A stretch of 56,082 nucleotides of DNA from Eubacteriales bacterium (GTDB lineage: Bacteria > Bacillota > Clostridia > Oscillospirales > CAG-272): contig JAZTZC010000470.1 in NCBI GenBank assembly GCA_045637265.1, positions 1 to 56,082 on the forward strand. The letters run 5' to 3'. How positions within the stretch are numbered: the stretch's first letter is position 1; every line of letters starts with the position of its first letter. The notes beneath the pieces were generated by a model. The model was not told where the DNA came from and did not search any database. It was given only the letters and a program-made list of their open reading frames with translations. The position numbers and the translations under genes are program-made. This document shows, in pieces, positions 7,687 through 17,232 of the stretch.

Positions 7687-7732
7687 ATGGCCACAACGAA
7701 ACCGAACAATAATTCTACTGTAGAGGGGTGAC

Positions 7733-8032
7733 ATGTCACGGAAAATGGGAACAAAAAAGAACGATCAAGCGAATAACGGAACAGATATTGAAACTATGCC
7801 ACAGGAGAGTGCAGCGGTATGGGAACAACTGCTCCGACTGGCGGAGGGCGGTGACATCCGTGCGATCAAGCTGTACTACGACATGCTCGAGAAAAAACAG
7901 CGTCCTGCGGCGACAGAGCAGCACGTCTCCTGCATCGAACCGATGGCAGCGATCCGACAGGCGGTGTTCGGGGATGCGGCATTCGGAGGCGGGGCGATGG
8001 GGGAGCAGACAGATGAAGAGGAGTTTGAGTGA
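7733..8032 (+). CDS. Possible phage terminase small-subunit fragment / hypothetical phage protein
   Basis: 99-aa ORF directly upstream of the terminase large-subunit ORF. The segment LLRLAEGGDIRAIKLYYDML resembles the C-terminal helices of small terminases. The call is weak. Confidence 0.45.
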   Translation: MSRKMGTKKNDQANNGTDIETMPQESAAVWEQLLRLAEGGDIRAIKLYYDMLEKKQRPAATEQHVSCIEPMAAIRQAVFGDAAFGGGAMGEQTDEEEFE

Positions 8033-8187
8033 AAGAATAAAAAAAGAATAAATGATTGACAATGGGAGTCCTCCAAGACAACCGGATTTATTATTTCATC
8101 TTTATTCTTTCTTATTTTTCTACTATATGCGGGTCGTGTTTTCTTGAAAAGAACAAAATTTGTTCGGCATGAAAGGAGTGATATTCG

Positions 8188-9342
8188 ATGATCCCCTATC
8201 AATTCGGGGACAAGCACAAGGCGTATATGCGGCGGGCGCTTGCCTGCACGATGAATGTTGCGGAGGGAGCGGTACGTTCGGGGAAGACGGTTGACAACAT
8301 CTTCGTTTTTGCGCATCTGCTGGAAACCACGCCCGACCGCCTGCATCTGGCAACGGGTGCGACGGGAGGGACCGCAAAAGTGACGCTCGGTGACTGCGGA
8401 GGCTTCGGACTGGAAGCAATCTTCCGCGGGAGAAGTCGATGGCACAGCTACAAGGGGTGTGATGCGATGACGGTACAGACCCCGACAGGTGAGAAGACGG
8501 TATTGTTTATCGGCGGTAAGAATGCCGATGCCTACAAGCACATCCGCGGGTTATCGATCGGCATGTGGCTGGCGACGGAGATCAATCTGCATCATCCCAC
8601 GTTCATCCGCGAGGCGTTTTCAAGACAGCTGGCGGCATCCGAGCGGCGTATCTTCTGGGATCTCAACCCCGATACGCCATCGGCTCCGATCTACCGCGAT
8701 TATCTTGACCGCTATGCGTCGATGACAACGGCAGGTCAGCTGTCGCCGCACTTCTTCAACCATGAGCGGTTCACAATCTTTGACAACGCGGCGATATCGC
8801 CCGAGCGTCTGTCGGAGATTATCGCCCAGTATGAGCCGGGCTCGCTGTGGTACCGCCGCGACATCGAGGGTCAGCGCTGTGCCGCCGAGGGCATGATCTA
8901 CACGCGCTACGCCGACAATCCCGATGCATTTGCGGTATCGCGTGAGGAGATCGGTCGTCAGATCGGTGCGGGAATTGCCATGGGGATGCTTGACAGCCAT
9001 GATGCGATTGCGTCGGCATCCGCATCTCTTGCGGAGGAGGCGGTGGCTGGTGTCGGGACAGCATCGATGCAGCGTGGGCGTGTCCGCACACAAAGCATCG
9101 GCGCGGACAGCATCCGCGATATGGGGAATCTGCTCCGCAGGACATCTGCCGCGCCAACCGCGAATGTAACTGCCGTATCGGTCCTCACGGGAATCGGTGC
9201 GGCAGGCAGTCAGCACGCGGAAAAAGAGCCCGCACCGCATATCGGCGGCAACACGTTCATTTTTCAAAAGCCTGTGGAAACACCGTACCGCCATGCGCAG
9301 GCAATTCGAGAGGTGATGGAGGAGATGCTTTATGGAACATAA
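8188..9342 (+). CDS. Chimeric ORF: terminase large subunit ATPase domain fused in frame to a tape-measure-like C-terminus
   Basis: Residues 1 to about 255 carry Walker A (AVRSGKT), FWDLNP and a PBSX/Terminase_3-like ATPase core. The sequence then departs where the nuclease domain should begin. It ends ...GGNTFIFQKPVETPYRHAQAIREVMEEMLYGT, typical of TMP C-termini, and overlaps the start of the Dit gene. RBS AAAGGAG. Confidence 0.7.
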   Translation: MIPYQFGDKHKAYMRRALACTMNVAEGAVRSGKTVDNIFVFAHLLETTPDRLHLATGATGGTAKVTLGDCGGFGLEAIFRGRSRWHSYKGCDAMTVQTPTGEKTVLFIGGKNADAYKHIRGLSIGMWLATEINLHHPTFIREAFSRQLAASERRIFWDLNPDTPSAPIYRDYLDRYASMTTAGQLSPHFFNHERFTIFDNAAISPERLSEIIAQYEPGSLWYRRDIEGQRCAAEGMIYTRYADNPDAFAVSREEIGRQIGAGIAMGMLDSHDAIASASASLAEEAVAGVGTASMQRGRVRTQSIGADSIRDMGNLLRRTSAAPTANVTAVSVLTGIGAAGSQHAEKEPAPHIGGNTFIFQKPVETPYRHAQAIREVMEEMLYGT

Positions 9343-10234
9343 GCGCGATCTGATTCTGCGTTTGCAGCTCGGTGATCGGATCATCACCATCGGGGGCGTT
9401 ACCTCACCCTATCGGTTGCTCGCATCCGGCTTTTCGGGCGGGGAAGGTGCGGAAGCGGTTGTTGAGACGATGGAGCAGGTACTGTCGGACGGCGACCTTG
9501 TACTGTCGCGCAGACTCGGCGGCAGAGACTTGGTTCTGCAGTTTGAAATTGCCGACTACGACAACCGCGACCGTTACCGCCGTGAGCTGCTGTCGTTCTT
9601 TGACCCGCATGCGGACGGGACTCTGACGGTGATACGTCGAGACGGAGATGGAAATACGGTGACGCGCAGCTGTGCCTGTATGCTGTCCGGGCGCATGACG
9701 ATGACGCAGGAGCATCTCGGTGCGTATGTCCGTGTCCGCGTACCGCTGTACTGTCCCGATCCGTATTTCCACGCGGATGTCTGCCGTGTCGGTGCGGCAC
9801 AGGATATCACACCGCTTCTGACCTTTCCCATGACCGTGACCGAGGAGACCGGTGCTGTGGGCGGTCTTGTACGCAATGACGATCTTCTGACGATTGTCAA
9901 TGAGGGCGATGCACCGACGGGATTTGTCCTGTCTCTGCGTGCTGTCGATCACGGCGGTACGGCGGGCATGGTCAATCCGACCATCACGCGTGTCGAGGAC
10001 GGTGCGTATATCAAAATTCTGACCGTGCTTGCCGATGGCGATACGCTGACGGTATCGACGGTACCGGGTGCAAAATACGTGCTGAAAAACGGCGAAAACG
10101 AGCTACGCTTCGACCGCGGCAGTACCTTCTTCCCGCTTCTGTGCGGAACGAATACACTGCGGATTTCCTCTGACGCGATGCTCGAGCCGCCCGATGCGGT
10201 GATTGCGTATCGGTGCAGATATTTTGGTGTGTGA
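9332..10234 (+). CDS. Phage distal tail protein (Dit-like tail component)
   Basis: 300 aa. It overlaps the upstream ORF by 11 nt and sits between the TMP end and the Tal-like gene. The sequence is typical of the siphovirus 'phage tail family protein'. Confidence 0.75.
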   Translation: MEHKRDLILRLQLGDRIITIGGVTSPYRLLASGFSGGEGAEAVVETMEQVLSDGDLVLSRRLGGRDLVLQFEIADYDNRDRYRRELLSFFDPHADGTLTVIRRDGDGNTVTRSCACMLSGRMTMTQEHLGAYVRVRVPLYCPDPYFHADVCRVGAAQDITPLLTFPMTVTEETGAVGGLVRNDDLLTIVNEGDAPTGFVLSLRAVDHGGTAGMVNPTITRVEDGAYIKILTVLADGDTLTVSTVPGAKYVLKNGENELRFDRGSTFFPLLCGTNTLRISSDAMLEPPDAVIAYRCRYFGV

Positions 10235-10249
10235 GAGGGGCGGTTTGAT

Positions 10250-11452
10250 ATGACAGAACTCTATTTTCTCGACCGAACTCTGGCGGTTCTGTGCGGACCG
10301 ATCGACCGCTTTGTATCGCTTACGTGGCAGGAGGCATACGGCGCATGCGGCAGCTTTACGCTCGTGCTCCCGATGGACGGTGACCTGTTTTCGGCGATCC
10401 TGGCCTCGGCCTATCTGGAGGTACGCGGCAGGCGGGGGCTTGGGCGCGTGGAAAAGGTGACCTATTCCGGCGGGGACAGCGGCGGTACGTTGACGGTATC
10501 CGGACGCATGGCGGAATCTCTGCTGTCCGACCGCATCATTCCGCGCCGCACGGTTGTATCGGGACCACTGTGCCGTGCTGTGGAAGCGGTGGTAGCGGCA
10601 AATGCGGGTTCTGATGCCGGTGCGCGTGCAATTCCCGGACTGACTGTCCGTGCGGCAGAGGAAATGACCGACGCGGACGGCAGTCCTCTGATGCTTGACG
10701 ATCATGTGAACGGGCGGGCGCTGGACGAGTGGCTCTATGAGGTGCTCGGTGCGATTGGTGCATCGTACAGAATTGTGCCGGATTTTGACGCGGGAACGCT
10801 GGTATTTGAAATTTATCGCGGACTTGACCGTACGCAGAATCAGACGGAAAACGCTTTTGCTGTGTTTTCGGCATCGTTTTCCTCGGCAGGAGAGTTTCGG
10901 TTTGTGTCCGACAGCACCGACAGCCGCAATGTCGCTTACATCGCCGGTGAGGGTGAGGGAGATGACCGTGTGGAAGTGACGCTTGATCTGCGCACAAACC
11001 CCGATGAGCCGATGCGTGAGCTGTATGTCGATGCGCGTGATCTGCGCTCCGACGATGGAGAAACTGTTTTGAACGATGCGGAATATCGGGATCTGCTGTT
11101 ATCGCGCGGCAGACAGAGGCTGTCCTCTCACGCGCATGTACTGACCCTCGGCGGCGCGGCGTCCTCGTATGTCGAGGGAGACAGCGGTGCGGCGGCAGAA
11201 CTGTCACCCGCATGGGGAGAATCCCCTGTTCCTGTCGGCGGACAGTATACCTCATCGATGATCTGCGGGGTACATTATGCGCTCGGTGATCTGTGCGACA
11301 TTGCAAGTGAGGCACTCGGTGCTGTCTGGTCGGAGCGTGTGACGGCGGTGACGTATATCTACGAGGGCAGTCATGTCCGCGTCGAGCCGCAGTTCGGAAC
11401 CGCCTATCCCGATCTGCGCAGCTTTATCCGCAGAAATTACAGGAATGTGTAA
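10250..11452 (+). CDS. Siphovirus Gp37-like (ReqiPepy6 Gp37 family) tail-tip protein
   Basis: 400 aa, starting MTELYFLDRTL..L..IDRFVSLTWQE.YG.CGSFTLVLP, the N-terminal signature of this family. Confidence 0.7.
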   Translation: MTELYFLDRTLAVLCGPIDRFVSLTWQEAYGACGSFTLVLPMDGDLFSAILASAYLEVRGRRGLGRVEKVTYSGGDSGGTLTVSGRMAESLLSDRIIPRRTVVSGPLCRAVEAVVAANAGSDAGARAIPGLTVRAAEEMTDADGSPLMLDDHVNGRALDEWLYEVLGAIGASYRIVPDFDAGTLVFEIYRGLDRTQNQTENAFAVFSASFSSAGEFRFVSDSTDSRNVAYIAGEGEGDDRVEVTLDLRTNPDEPMRELYVDARDLRSDDGETVLNDAEYRDLLLSRGRQRLSSHAHVLTLGGAASSYVEGDSGAAAELSPAWGESPVPVGGQYTSSMICGVHYALGDLCDIASEALGAVWSERVTAVTYIYEGSHVRVEPQFGTAYPDLRSFIRRNYRNV

Positions 11453-11589
11453 CGATAAACGAGTAAGTGAAACGATATACATATCGCACGGTATATGTAA
11501 ATGTAAAACGATACACAAATCAAATAGAAAGGAACCCCGACAGGCAATGCCTCAGCTGACAGTGTTGCTCTCGGGGACAGGTAAAAACG

Positions 11590-12126
11590 ATGAGTCTGAA
11601 AAGCGGTATTTTTAACTCCACGACCGTGGAAACAACGGAATCGGGACTTCTCCGCGGCAACAAGGCGGTCGATGCGGCTTTTTTTGCAGAGATGATGTCC
11701 GCGCTGTTTCAAACGGGCATTATCCGAAACGAAACCGATGACAGTTTTGCATCCACGGTGACCGACGGCACAATGAAGGTCATCACATCCCCCGGCAAGT
11801 GCTTCATCGAGGGCTATTTTGCCTACGATACGGCAAAGGAAACACGTACATTTTCCGTCGCACAGACCGACCGATGCACCGCACGTGTGATGCGTCTGGA
11901 TACGGTTGACGGCAGCATCAAGGTGCTCTGGCGCGACTGTATCCGTCATGGCAATCTTCTGTTCTCCAAAGAGGACGGTACAGAGCTTCCGATCCGTTCG
12001 GGCGGTATTTACGACCTTGTCACCTGCGTCGTCGACATTCCCGCGGGAACAACGGCGCTGACCGACGGCATGGTCACCGATACGCGCGGCGATACTGCGC
12101 TGTGCGGGTTTGCAAAAACAATATAA
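11590..12126 (+). CDS. Phage tail fibre / receptor-binding protein, N-terminal module only
   Basis: MSLKSGIFNSTTVE...KAVDAAFFAEMMSALFQTGII matches the SGFFNS...DR.Y.A..F opening of a widespread prophage structural protein. That protein is normally much longer. Here the ORF stops after 178 aa at the remnant edge. Confidence 0.6.
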   Translation: MSLKSGIFNSTTVETTESGLLRGNKAVDAAFFAEMMSALFQTGIIRNETDDSFASTVTDGTMKVITSPGKCFIEGYFAYDTAKETRTFSVAQTDRCTARVMRLDTVDGSIKVLWRDCIRHGNLLFSKEDGTELPIRSGGIYDLVTCVVDIPAGTTALTDGMVTDTRGDTALCGFAKTI

Positions 12127-12138
12127 AGCCATATAAAA

Positions 12139-12173
12139 ACCACGCGAAAACGGGTTTTCCGTCCTCGCGTGGT
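12139..12173. terminator. Hairpin between convergent genes (bidirectional terminator candidate)
   Basis: accacgcga...tcgcgtggt forms a 9-bp stem between the stops at 12126 (+) and 12193 (-). Confidence 0.6.
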
Positions 12174-12192
12174 AAACTGTTTTGATAGAAAA

Positions 12193-13071
12193 TCAGAGTT
12201 CGTACTTTGCGGTCTTTTCCTTGAGGAAGTTGACAGCCAGTCCGATATCCGCTGCCGGGTCAGCACCGACTTCGCGTTCGATGGTCAGGTATCCCTTGTA
12301 GCCGATGTCAGCAAGTGCAGCCAGATATGCGTCGAAGTCGACGGAGCCCTGTCCGAGCGGAACTTCCTTGAAGTATTCCCAGATGGGCATGTCGCGCAGG
12401 TCGCCGCCGTCACCGCCCGTTGCGAAGAAGCCGTAGATCTTGTGGCGGTCGCAAGCCTTCAGATTGACGCCGTCCTTTGCGTGGGTGTGAACGATGTAGT
12501 CACGGAGCGTGTAAACTGCCTTGACCGGGTCATCTGCCGTGACCATAGCGAGGTTTGCAGGGTCGAGGTTGACGCGGACGCCCTTTGCGGACAGACCGTC
12601 GAGGAATTCCTTGAGCATATCAGCCTTTTCGGGACCGGTTTCGACAGCGAAGTATGCGCCGACGGAATCAGCGTATTCTGCGAGTGCATTGCATGCTTCC
12701 TGCATGATCTTGTAGGTGTCGTCCTTTTCATCCGGAACAACACCGATGTGCGTCGTGACAACCTTGGTGCCCATTTCGAGTGCCAGGTCAACGATGCGCT
12801 TGGACTTTTCGATCTTGATCTTGTTTTCCTCTGCCAGCTGGAAGCCGTGACCGCCGAGGTCGCCGCACAGTGCGGAAACTTCCAGACCGTTTGCCGCCAG
12901 AATCGACTTCTTTTCTGCAATCAGCGCAGGGGTGAGGTTCCACGGCGCCATCTCACCGTCAACGGCGTAAATCTGAACGCCCTGACCGCCGAGTGCGCGT
13001 GCCTTTTCAATGTTTTCGCGGAAGGTACCGAGCAGGGAGTCTGCCATGATACCGATGGAAAATCTGTTCAT
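12193..13071 (-). CDS. Sugar phosphate isomerase/epimerase (xylose isomerase-like TIM barrel)
   Basis: MNRFSIGIMADSL...VETGPE...NLDPANL...HAKDG...LTIERE are typical family motifs. I chose the start at 13071, which has GAAAGGA upstream. Confidence 0.88.
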   Translation of the reverse strand: MNRFSIGIMADSLLGTFRENIEKARALGGQGVQIYAVDGEMAPWNLTPALIAEKKSILAANGLEVSALCGDLGGHGFQLAEENKIKIEKSKRIVDLALEMGTKVVTTHIGVVPDEKDDTYKIMQEACNALAEYADSVGAYFAVETGPEKADMLKEFLDGLSAKGVRVNLDPANLAMVTADDPVKAVYTLRDYIVHTHAKDGVNLKACDRHKIYGFFATGGDGGDLRDMPIWEYFKEVPLGQGSVDFDAYLAALADIGYKGYLTIEREVGADPAADIGLAVNFLKEKTAKYEL

Positions 13072-13220
13072 AAGTAGTATTCCTTTCATTTTGGATGTAT
13101 TTTGGATGTATTCATTATAACATTTTCGGGCGAAAATGTCAATGGGCGGGAGGGCAGTTTTGTAAAGAACGCGGCGAAAAAGACGGATTGTAAAAATCAA
13201 ACAAAAAACAAACGTGGTGC

Positions 13221-13249
13221 TTGACAGATATATGGAAATGTGTTATAAT
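13221..13249 (+). promoter_or_regulatory. Consensus sigma-A promoter of the 796-aa lipoprotein gene
   Basis: TTGACA, a 17-nt spacer, then TATAAT (13244-13249). Confidence 0.7.
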
Positions 13250-13284
13250 CGAGACAGAAACCTGATATAGAAAGGAAACTGTTT

Positions 13285-15675
13285 ATGAAAAAGATCCTTT
13301 GTATCCTGCTGTCCTGTCTGTTTCTGCTCTGTGCCTGTGACGCGCCGCCGGATTCCCCGGTGTCTGACAACGACAGTATCGCCGCCGATGTGACCGACCC
13401 GTTTGCACCGTCGGAAACTGTGGAAGCTGTGGAAATTGATATGTCCGGTGCATATCAGCTTGTATCATTTGAGGTACCGGACAATTGTACGGCGACAGTA
13501 CGCGCCGATAAAAATTATTTATTTCATGTCGGTGATACGATATATATATCGGCGACCTGCGAAGTGGACGATAAAACGAAAAAAAGCGTATATCTGCGTT
13601 ATGATCTGAACGGAAACTATCTTGATATGCTGGATGTTTCGTTTATTTCTGATAACGAAACCATATTCCTGCCAAAGGAACAGAGAACCAGCGAAAAAGC
13701 AATTCTGCAGCAGACATTGTATCCGCTGGCAGACGGGAATTATTTTCTTGCTGTATACGACAGGGGGAAAAAAGAAGCGCGCCTGTATCTTTTAGACGGG
13801 ATGGGGGCGATTCTGAAGGAATCTGCTCCGATTCTGCCGGATGGCAATCAGTTTTTTTCCTGTGCATCGTTTTATCTCGGCGAGGCGTATTTTCTGCTTT
13901 ATAACCACATGGATTTGAACGGCTTCCGGTTATATGACCGTGATCTGAATCTCCTCGGTTATTTCGATACCAAAGAACCAATCTGGGATGCGTTTTTGTA
14001 CGACGGGCTGCCTGTGGTTACGTTCCAGAACGGGCAGTGCATCATTTACAACGAAAAAACAAACACCTTTGATTCCGTGACTTTCCGCGAACAGACCGAA
14101 GCCTACAAACGCTCGGATGATATGCTGCACTTTGATGATGCCGTATATCTTGTCTGCGATGAGGCAGTTTATGTCCAGCGCGGCGGCGAGGAAAAGGTGC
14201 TGCTCGATTGGACAAACTCGTTTCTGAACAGTTCCTCTGTCGGTTTTCTGACAGCCTTTCCCGATGACCGTTTTGTTGTTGAATATGACAGTCTTCCCGA
14301 AAAAAACGATAACGCATGGGACATCTGCCTGCTTGTTCCCGTCGAAACAACGACAGTCACGCAACAAATTGTGACGTTGGCTGTCGTCGGTATTGAGCAG
14401 ACGATGGGCGGCTCATACAACCTGATCTCGGATACGATCAACGACTTCAACCGCGAGAATACAACCTACCGGGTGGAATTGACCAATTATGATAAGATGT
14501 TTGCAAAAGAAAGCTTCGGCGGTGGTTTTGTGCCGAACTATCAAAAAGGTGCGGCGCAGTTTGAAGAAGACCTGCTTGCGGGCGTGAAGTACGATATGAT
14601 TCTGTTCGGAACGAAATACGACGGTTTTTCCGATCTGCAGGACAAGGATATGTTTATGGACATCAGCGTCGCCGCAGAGGATGCCGATCTTCTGCCGTGC
14701 CTGCGCGGAACAGCGAGCAATACAGCACTGCCGTTATCCATGTCTGTCTCCACACTCGTTGCCGCCGATACCACCGTTTCCTCTGCCGCAGAGTTTACGT
14801 GGGAAACACTGTTTGCGCTGTATGAAGGACTTGGTGACGGGGAGACGCTGTTCTCCACCGATGTATCGGAGCAGCTGACGGTGACGATGCTGTCGGACTA
14901 CATCGACATGGATGCCGCGGCCTGTACGCTTGATTCGCCCGACTTTGCCCGTGCGGCGGAGTTTATCACCGAGGTGCAAAAGGCAAAGAACAGCAAAGCG
15001 GCAAACCCGCTGTGCGATGGGAATCTTGGCAGTCTTGCCATGGGTGCCACAAGCTGTTTCGGTGATCCTGTGGGCAGTTTGCAATCGGGGGCACTGAAAT
15101 TTCTGACTGTGAATCTCGATATGCTCGATTCGCTGATCTCGGTTCCGTATCTTTTTGCGGAAGCCGGTCTGAACCCTGTGTTCTGCGGTTATCCGACCAA
15201 ACAAGGCGGTACGCTGTATGCAACCCCTCATGTGAACATGACCATTCCGAAAACTGCCCAAAACAAGGCGGGCGCGTATGCGTTTTTGCAGTATGCACTG
15301 TCAGATGCGGTGCAGTGCTCCGATCGGATGGCGGCAAGAGCAATGCCTGTCACCCGCGCCGCTTATGAGGAACAGATTCAGTCGGGCTATTTCTACATCC
15401 GGGTGTTTGCAGATGAGCTGACCAACTGGACACTGGAGGATTTCACCGAGGAGCCGCGCCAGCAGCATATGGGTCTTGCCGAGATTCATGTGACCGAGGA
15501 AGAGTGTGCGGCAATGATATCGTACTTTGCCGATACCACGGCGCACGGCATCTATGACAAAACCATCCGCGCCATTGTCGACGAGGAGCTGTCCGCCGCC
15601 GCCGCAGGTGTCCGCACAACAGAGGAAGCCGGAGCGATCATGAAGAACCGTATCTGGATTTATCTGAATGAATAA
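13285..15675 (+). CDS. Large lipoprotein; the C-terminal half resembles an extracellular solute-binding domain
   Basis: Signal peptide with lipobox (LFLLCAC). The roughly 430 C-terminal residues (VTLAVVGIEQTMGGSYNLISDTINDFNRENTTYRVEL...) look like a family 1 SBP. I do not recognise the N-terminal 350 aa. Confidence 0.75.
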   Translation: MKKILCILLSCLFLLCACDAPPDSPVSDNDSIAADVTDPFAPSETVEAVEIDMSGAYQLVSFEVPDNCTATVRADKNYLFHVGDTIYISATCEVDDKTKKSVYLRYDLNGNYLDMLDVSFISDNETIFLPKEQRTSEKAILQQTLYPLADGNYFLAVYDRGKKEARLYLLDGMGAILKESAPILPDGNQFFSCASFYLGEAYFLLYNHMDLNGFRLYDRDLNLLGYFDTKEPIWDAFLYDGLPVVTFQNGQCIIYNEKTNTFDSVTFREQTEAYKRSDDMLHFDDAVYLVCDEAVYVQRGGEEKVLLDWTNSFLNSSSVGFLTAFPDDRFVVEYDSLPEKNDNAWDICLLVPVETTTVTQQIVTLAVVGIEQTMGGSYNLISDTINDFNRENTTYRVELTNYDKMFAKESFGGGFVPNYQKGAAQFEEDLLAGVKYDMILFGTKYDGFSDLQDKDMFMDISVAAEDADLLPCLRGTASNTALPLSMSVSTLVAADTTVSSAAEFTWETLFALYEGLGDGETLFSTDVSEQLTVTMLSDYIDMDAAACTLDSPDFARAAEFITEVQKAKNSKAANPLCDGNLGSLAMGATSCFGDPVGSLQSGALKFLTVNLDMLDSLISVPYLFAEAGLNPVFCGYPTKQGGTLYATPHVNMTIPKTAQNKAGAYAFLQYALSDAVQCSDRMAARAMPVTRAAYEEQIQSGYFYIRVFADELTNWTLEDFTEEPRQQHMGLAEIHVTEEECAAMISYFADTTAHGIYDKTIRAIVDEELSAAAAGVRTTEEAGAIMKNRIWIYLNE

Positions 15676-15689
15676 ACGTATCAATAGAA

Positions 15690-15724
15690 AGAGGACATCC
15701 GCGTGGGTGTCCTCTGTTTTTGTT
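15690..15724 (+). terminator. Rho-independent terminator
   Basis: The stem agaggaca/tgtcctct is followed by gtttttgtt. Confidence 0.8.
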
Positions 15725-15726
15725 CT

Positions 15727-17208
15727 TTACTGCTCCAGCGCCAGAATTGCGTCAACCGTCTTGGTCATTGCTTTTTCCAATGCCGACATCTTCTTTTCGA
15801 TGGTCGATGCGATTGCGCCGCCCTTGTAGATGGCATCGGCGATGGTCGTTTCGATGGAAGCCCAGGAGAAGATATTTGCGTTATCCATAACAACGGAATT
15901 CAGAATCAGGTCGAGCATACGCACAGACTGTGCATCGCGCGCATACTTATCGGTCAGGACGACATCAAAGTAAGCGGGCGTGAGGTTGTTCTTGGAATCG
16001 GCTGCCATGGCTTCTAAAATGAACGCGGTGTCGTTCGGGTTTGCATTGGTCGTCGGGATGGACAGGACATTGACGCACCAGCCGTCAGCGTAGCAGTGGT
16101 ACGATTCCTGTGCCTCGTCGTACTTCGGCGGCGGCAGAATACCGATATCGACCTGACAGTCGCGCATCGTTTCGATGTGAACGAGAACCTCGGGTGCGAA
16201 GAGGACACGACCGTCCATGAAGTATTCGAGGTTGTCGGGGTGGTGACCGTTTGACAGACCCGTATCGCCGGAGGTGGAGATCGACGGCAGTCCCGCGATC
16301 TTCTCGGAAATGCCTGTCATGACAGAGATTGCCTTTTCCGTGCCGCACAGCGCGTAGGGAATGTCGTCGGCATTCTTGCCCGTCATCGTATTACCGGAAG
16401 CAAAGTAGAGTACGGCACCCAGCTGGGTCTGTGCCATGGTACCGTAACGGTCGGCGTCACGGGAATAGGTGTTGTCGCCGTTGAGGTCGTACAGTGCGCC
16501 CTCGGACAGCTCGATATACTTATCGAGCGTCCACTTGTTTGCTTCAACGAGGTCATAGGGGTTTTCCATATCCAGATCGCGGATGATGTCCTTGTTGAAG
16601 AAGAAGATACGCGTTGCCTTGTTGTCGATGATGAAGATGTCACCGGTTGCATAATACTGCTTGTTTGCAATGGAGAGGGACGCGTTGGTCGACTGTGCCC
16701 ACCATTCGCGGGACAGATCGATGTGTTCAAGTTCATTTAAGTCGTACAGCATACCGTCAACCGACAAAGCACCTGAGTCGTAAACGTCGCAGACGATTGC
16801 TTCAAAGGAATTGTCGCCGGCGGTAATCAGCTTTTTCAGTTCGGTGGTGACCGTTTCAGTCTTGCTTTCGATGGCGTTGAGCGTGATGTTGTAGGTGTCC
16901 TCGATGAACATCGTACGCTCATAGATTGCATCGTTGATCTGTTCACCGTCTTCCTCGTGGGAATAGAGGTCAGACGCCGACCAGACATTGTCGTAAATGC
17001 GTCCGTAGAACATGAACTCGCGTCCGCCGAAGTCCTTTTCCGGCAGATCAGCCTTGACGCGGGGTGCTTCCGTGACCGCTTCCACGACCGGGGCGGTATC
17101 GGCTTTCGTTTCGGTGGATGCTGCGGGTGTATCGCCGCCGCAGGAAACCAGAGATGCTGCAAGCAAAGAAGTCAGTAAAAGTGCTGATGTCAGATGGTGG
17201 TGTTTCAT
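15727..17208 (-). CDS. Extracellular solute-binding lipoprotein (ABC-type sugar SBP), paralog 1
   Basis: MKHHHLTSALLLTSLLAASLVSCGG carries the lipobox. About 490 aa, SBP family 1-like. AAGGAG lies 7 nt before the ATG at 17208. Confidence 0.85.
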   Translation of the reverse strand: MKHHHLTSALLLTSLLAASLVSCGGDTPAASTETKADTAPVVEAVTEAPRVKADLPEKDFGGREFMFYGRIYDNVWSASDLYSHEEDGEQINDAIYERTMFIEDTYNITLNAIESKTETVTTELKKLITAGDNSFEAIVCDVYDSGALSVDGMLYDLNELEHIDLSREWWAQSTNASLSIANKQYYATGDIFIIDNKATRIFFFNKDIIRDLDMENPYDLVEANKWTLDKYIELSEGALYDLNGDNTYSRDADRYGTMAQTQLGAVLYFASGNTMTGKNADDIPYALCGTEKAISVMTGISEKIAGLPSISTSGDTGLSNGHHPDNLEYFMDGRVLFAPEVLVHIETMRDCQVDIGILPPPKYDEAQESYHCYADGWCVNVLSIPTTNANPNDTAFILEAMAADSKNNLTPAYFDVVLTDKYARDAQSVRMLDLILNSVVMDNANIFSWASIETTIADAIYKGGAIASTIEKKMSALEKAMTKTVDAILALEQ

Positions 17209-17232
17209 GACAGTTCTCCTTTTTTTCAATGG

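Larger units (their letters stand above)
7650..12140 (+). mobile_element. Degenerate siphovirus-type prophage remnant
   Basis: Five co-oriented ORFs: small-terminase-like, a TerL N-terminus fused to a TMP C-terminus, Dit, a Gp37-like tail protein, and a tail-fibre N-terminal fragment. Portal, capsid, tail tube, lysis and integrase genes are absent. The boundaries are approximate. Confidence 0.75.
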
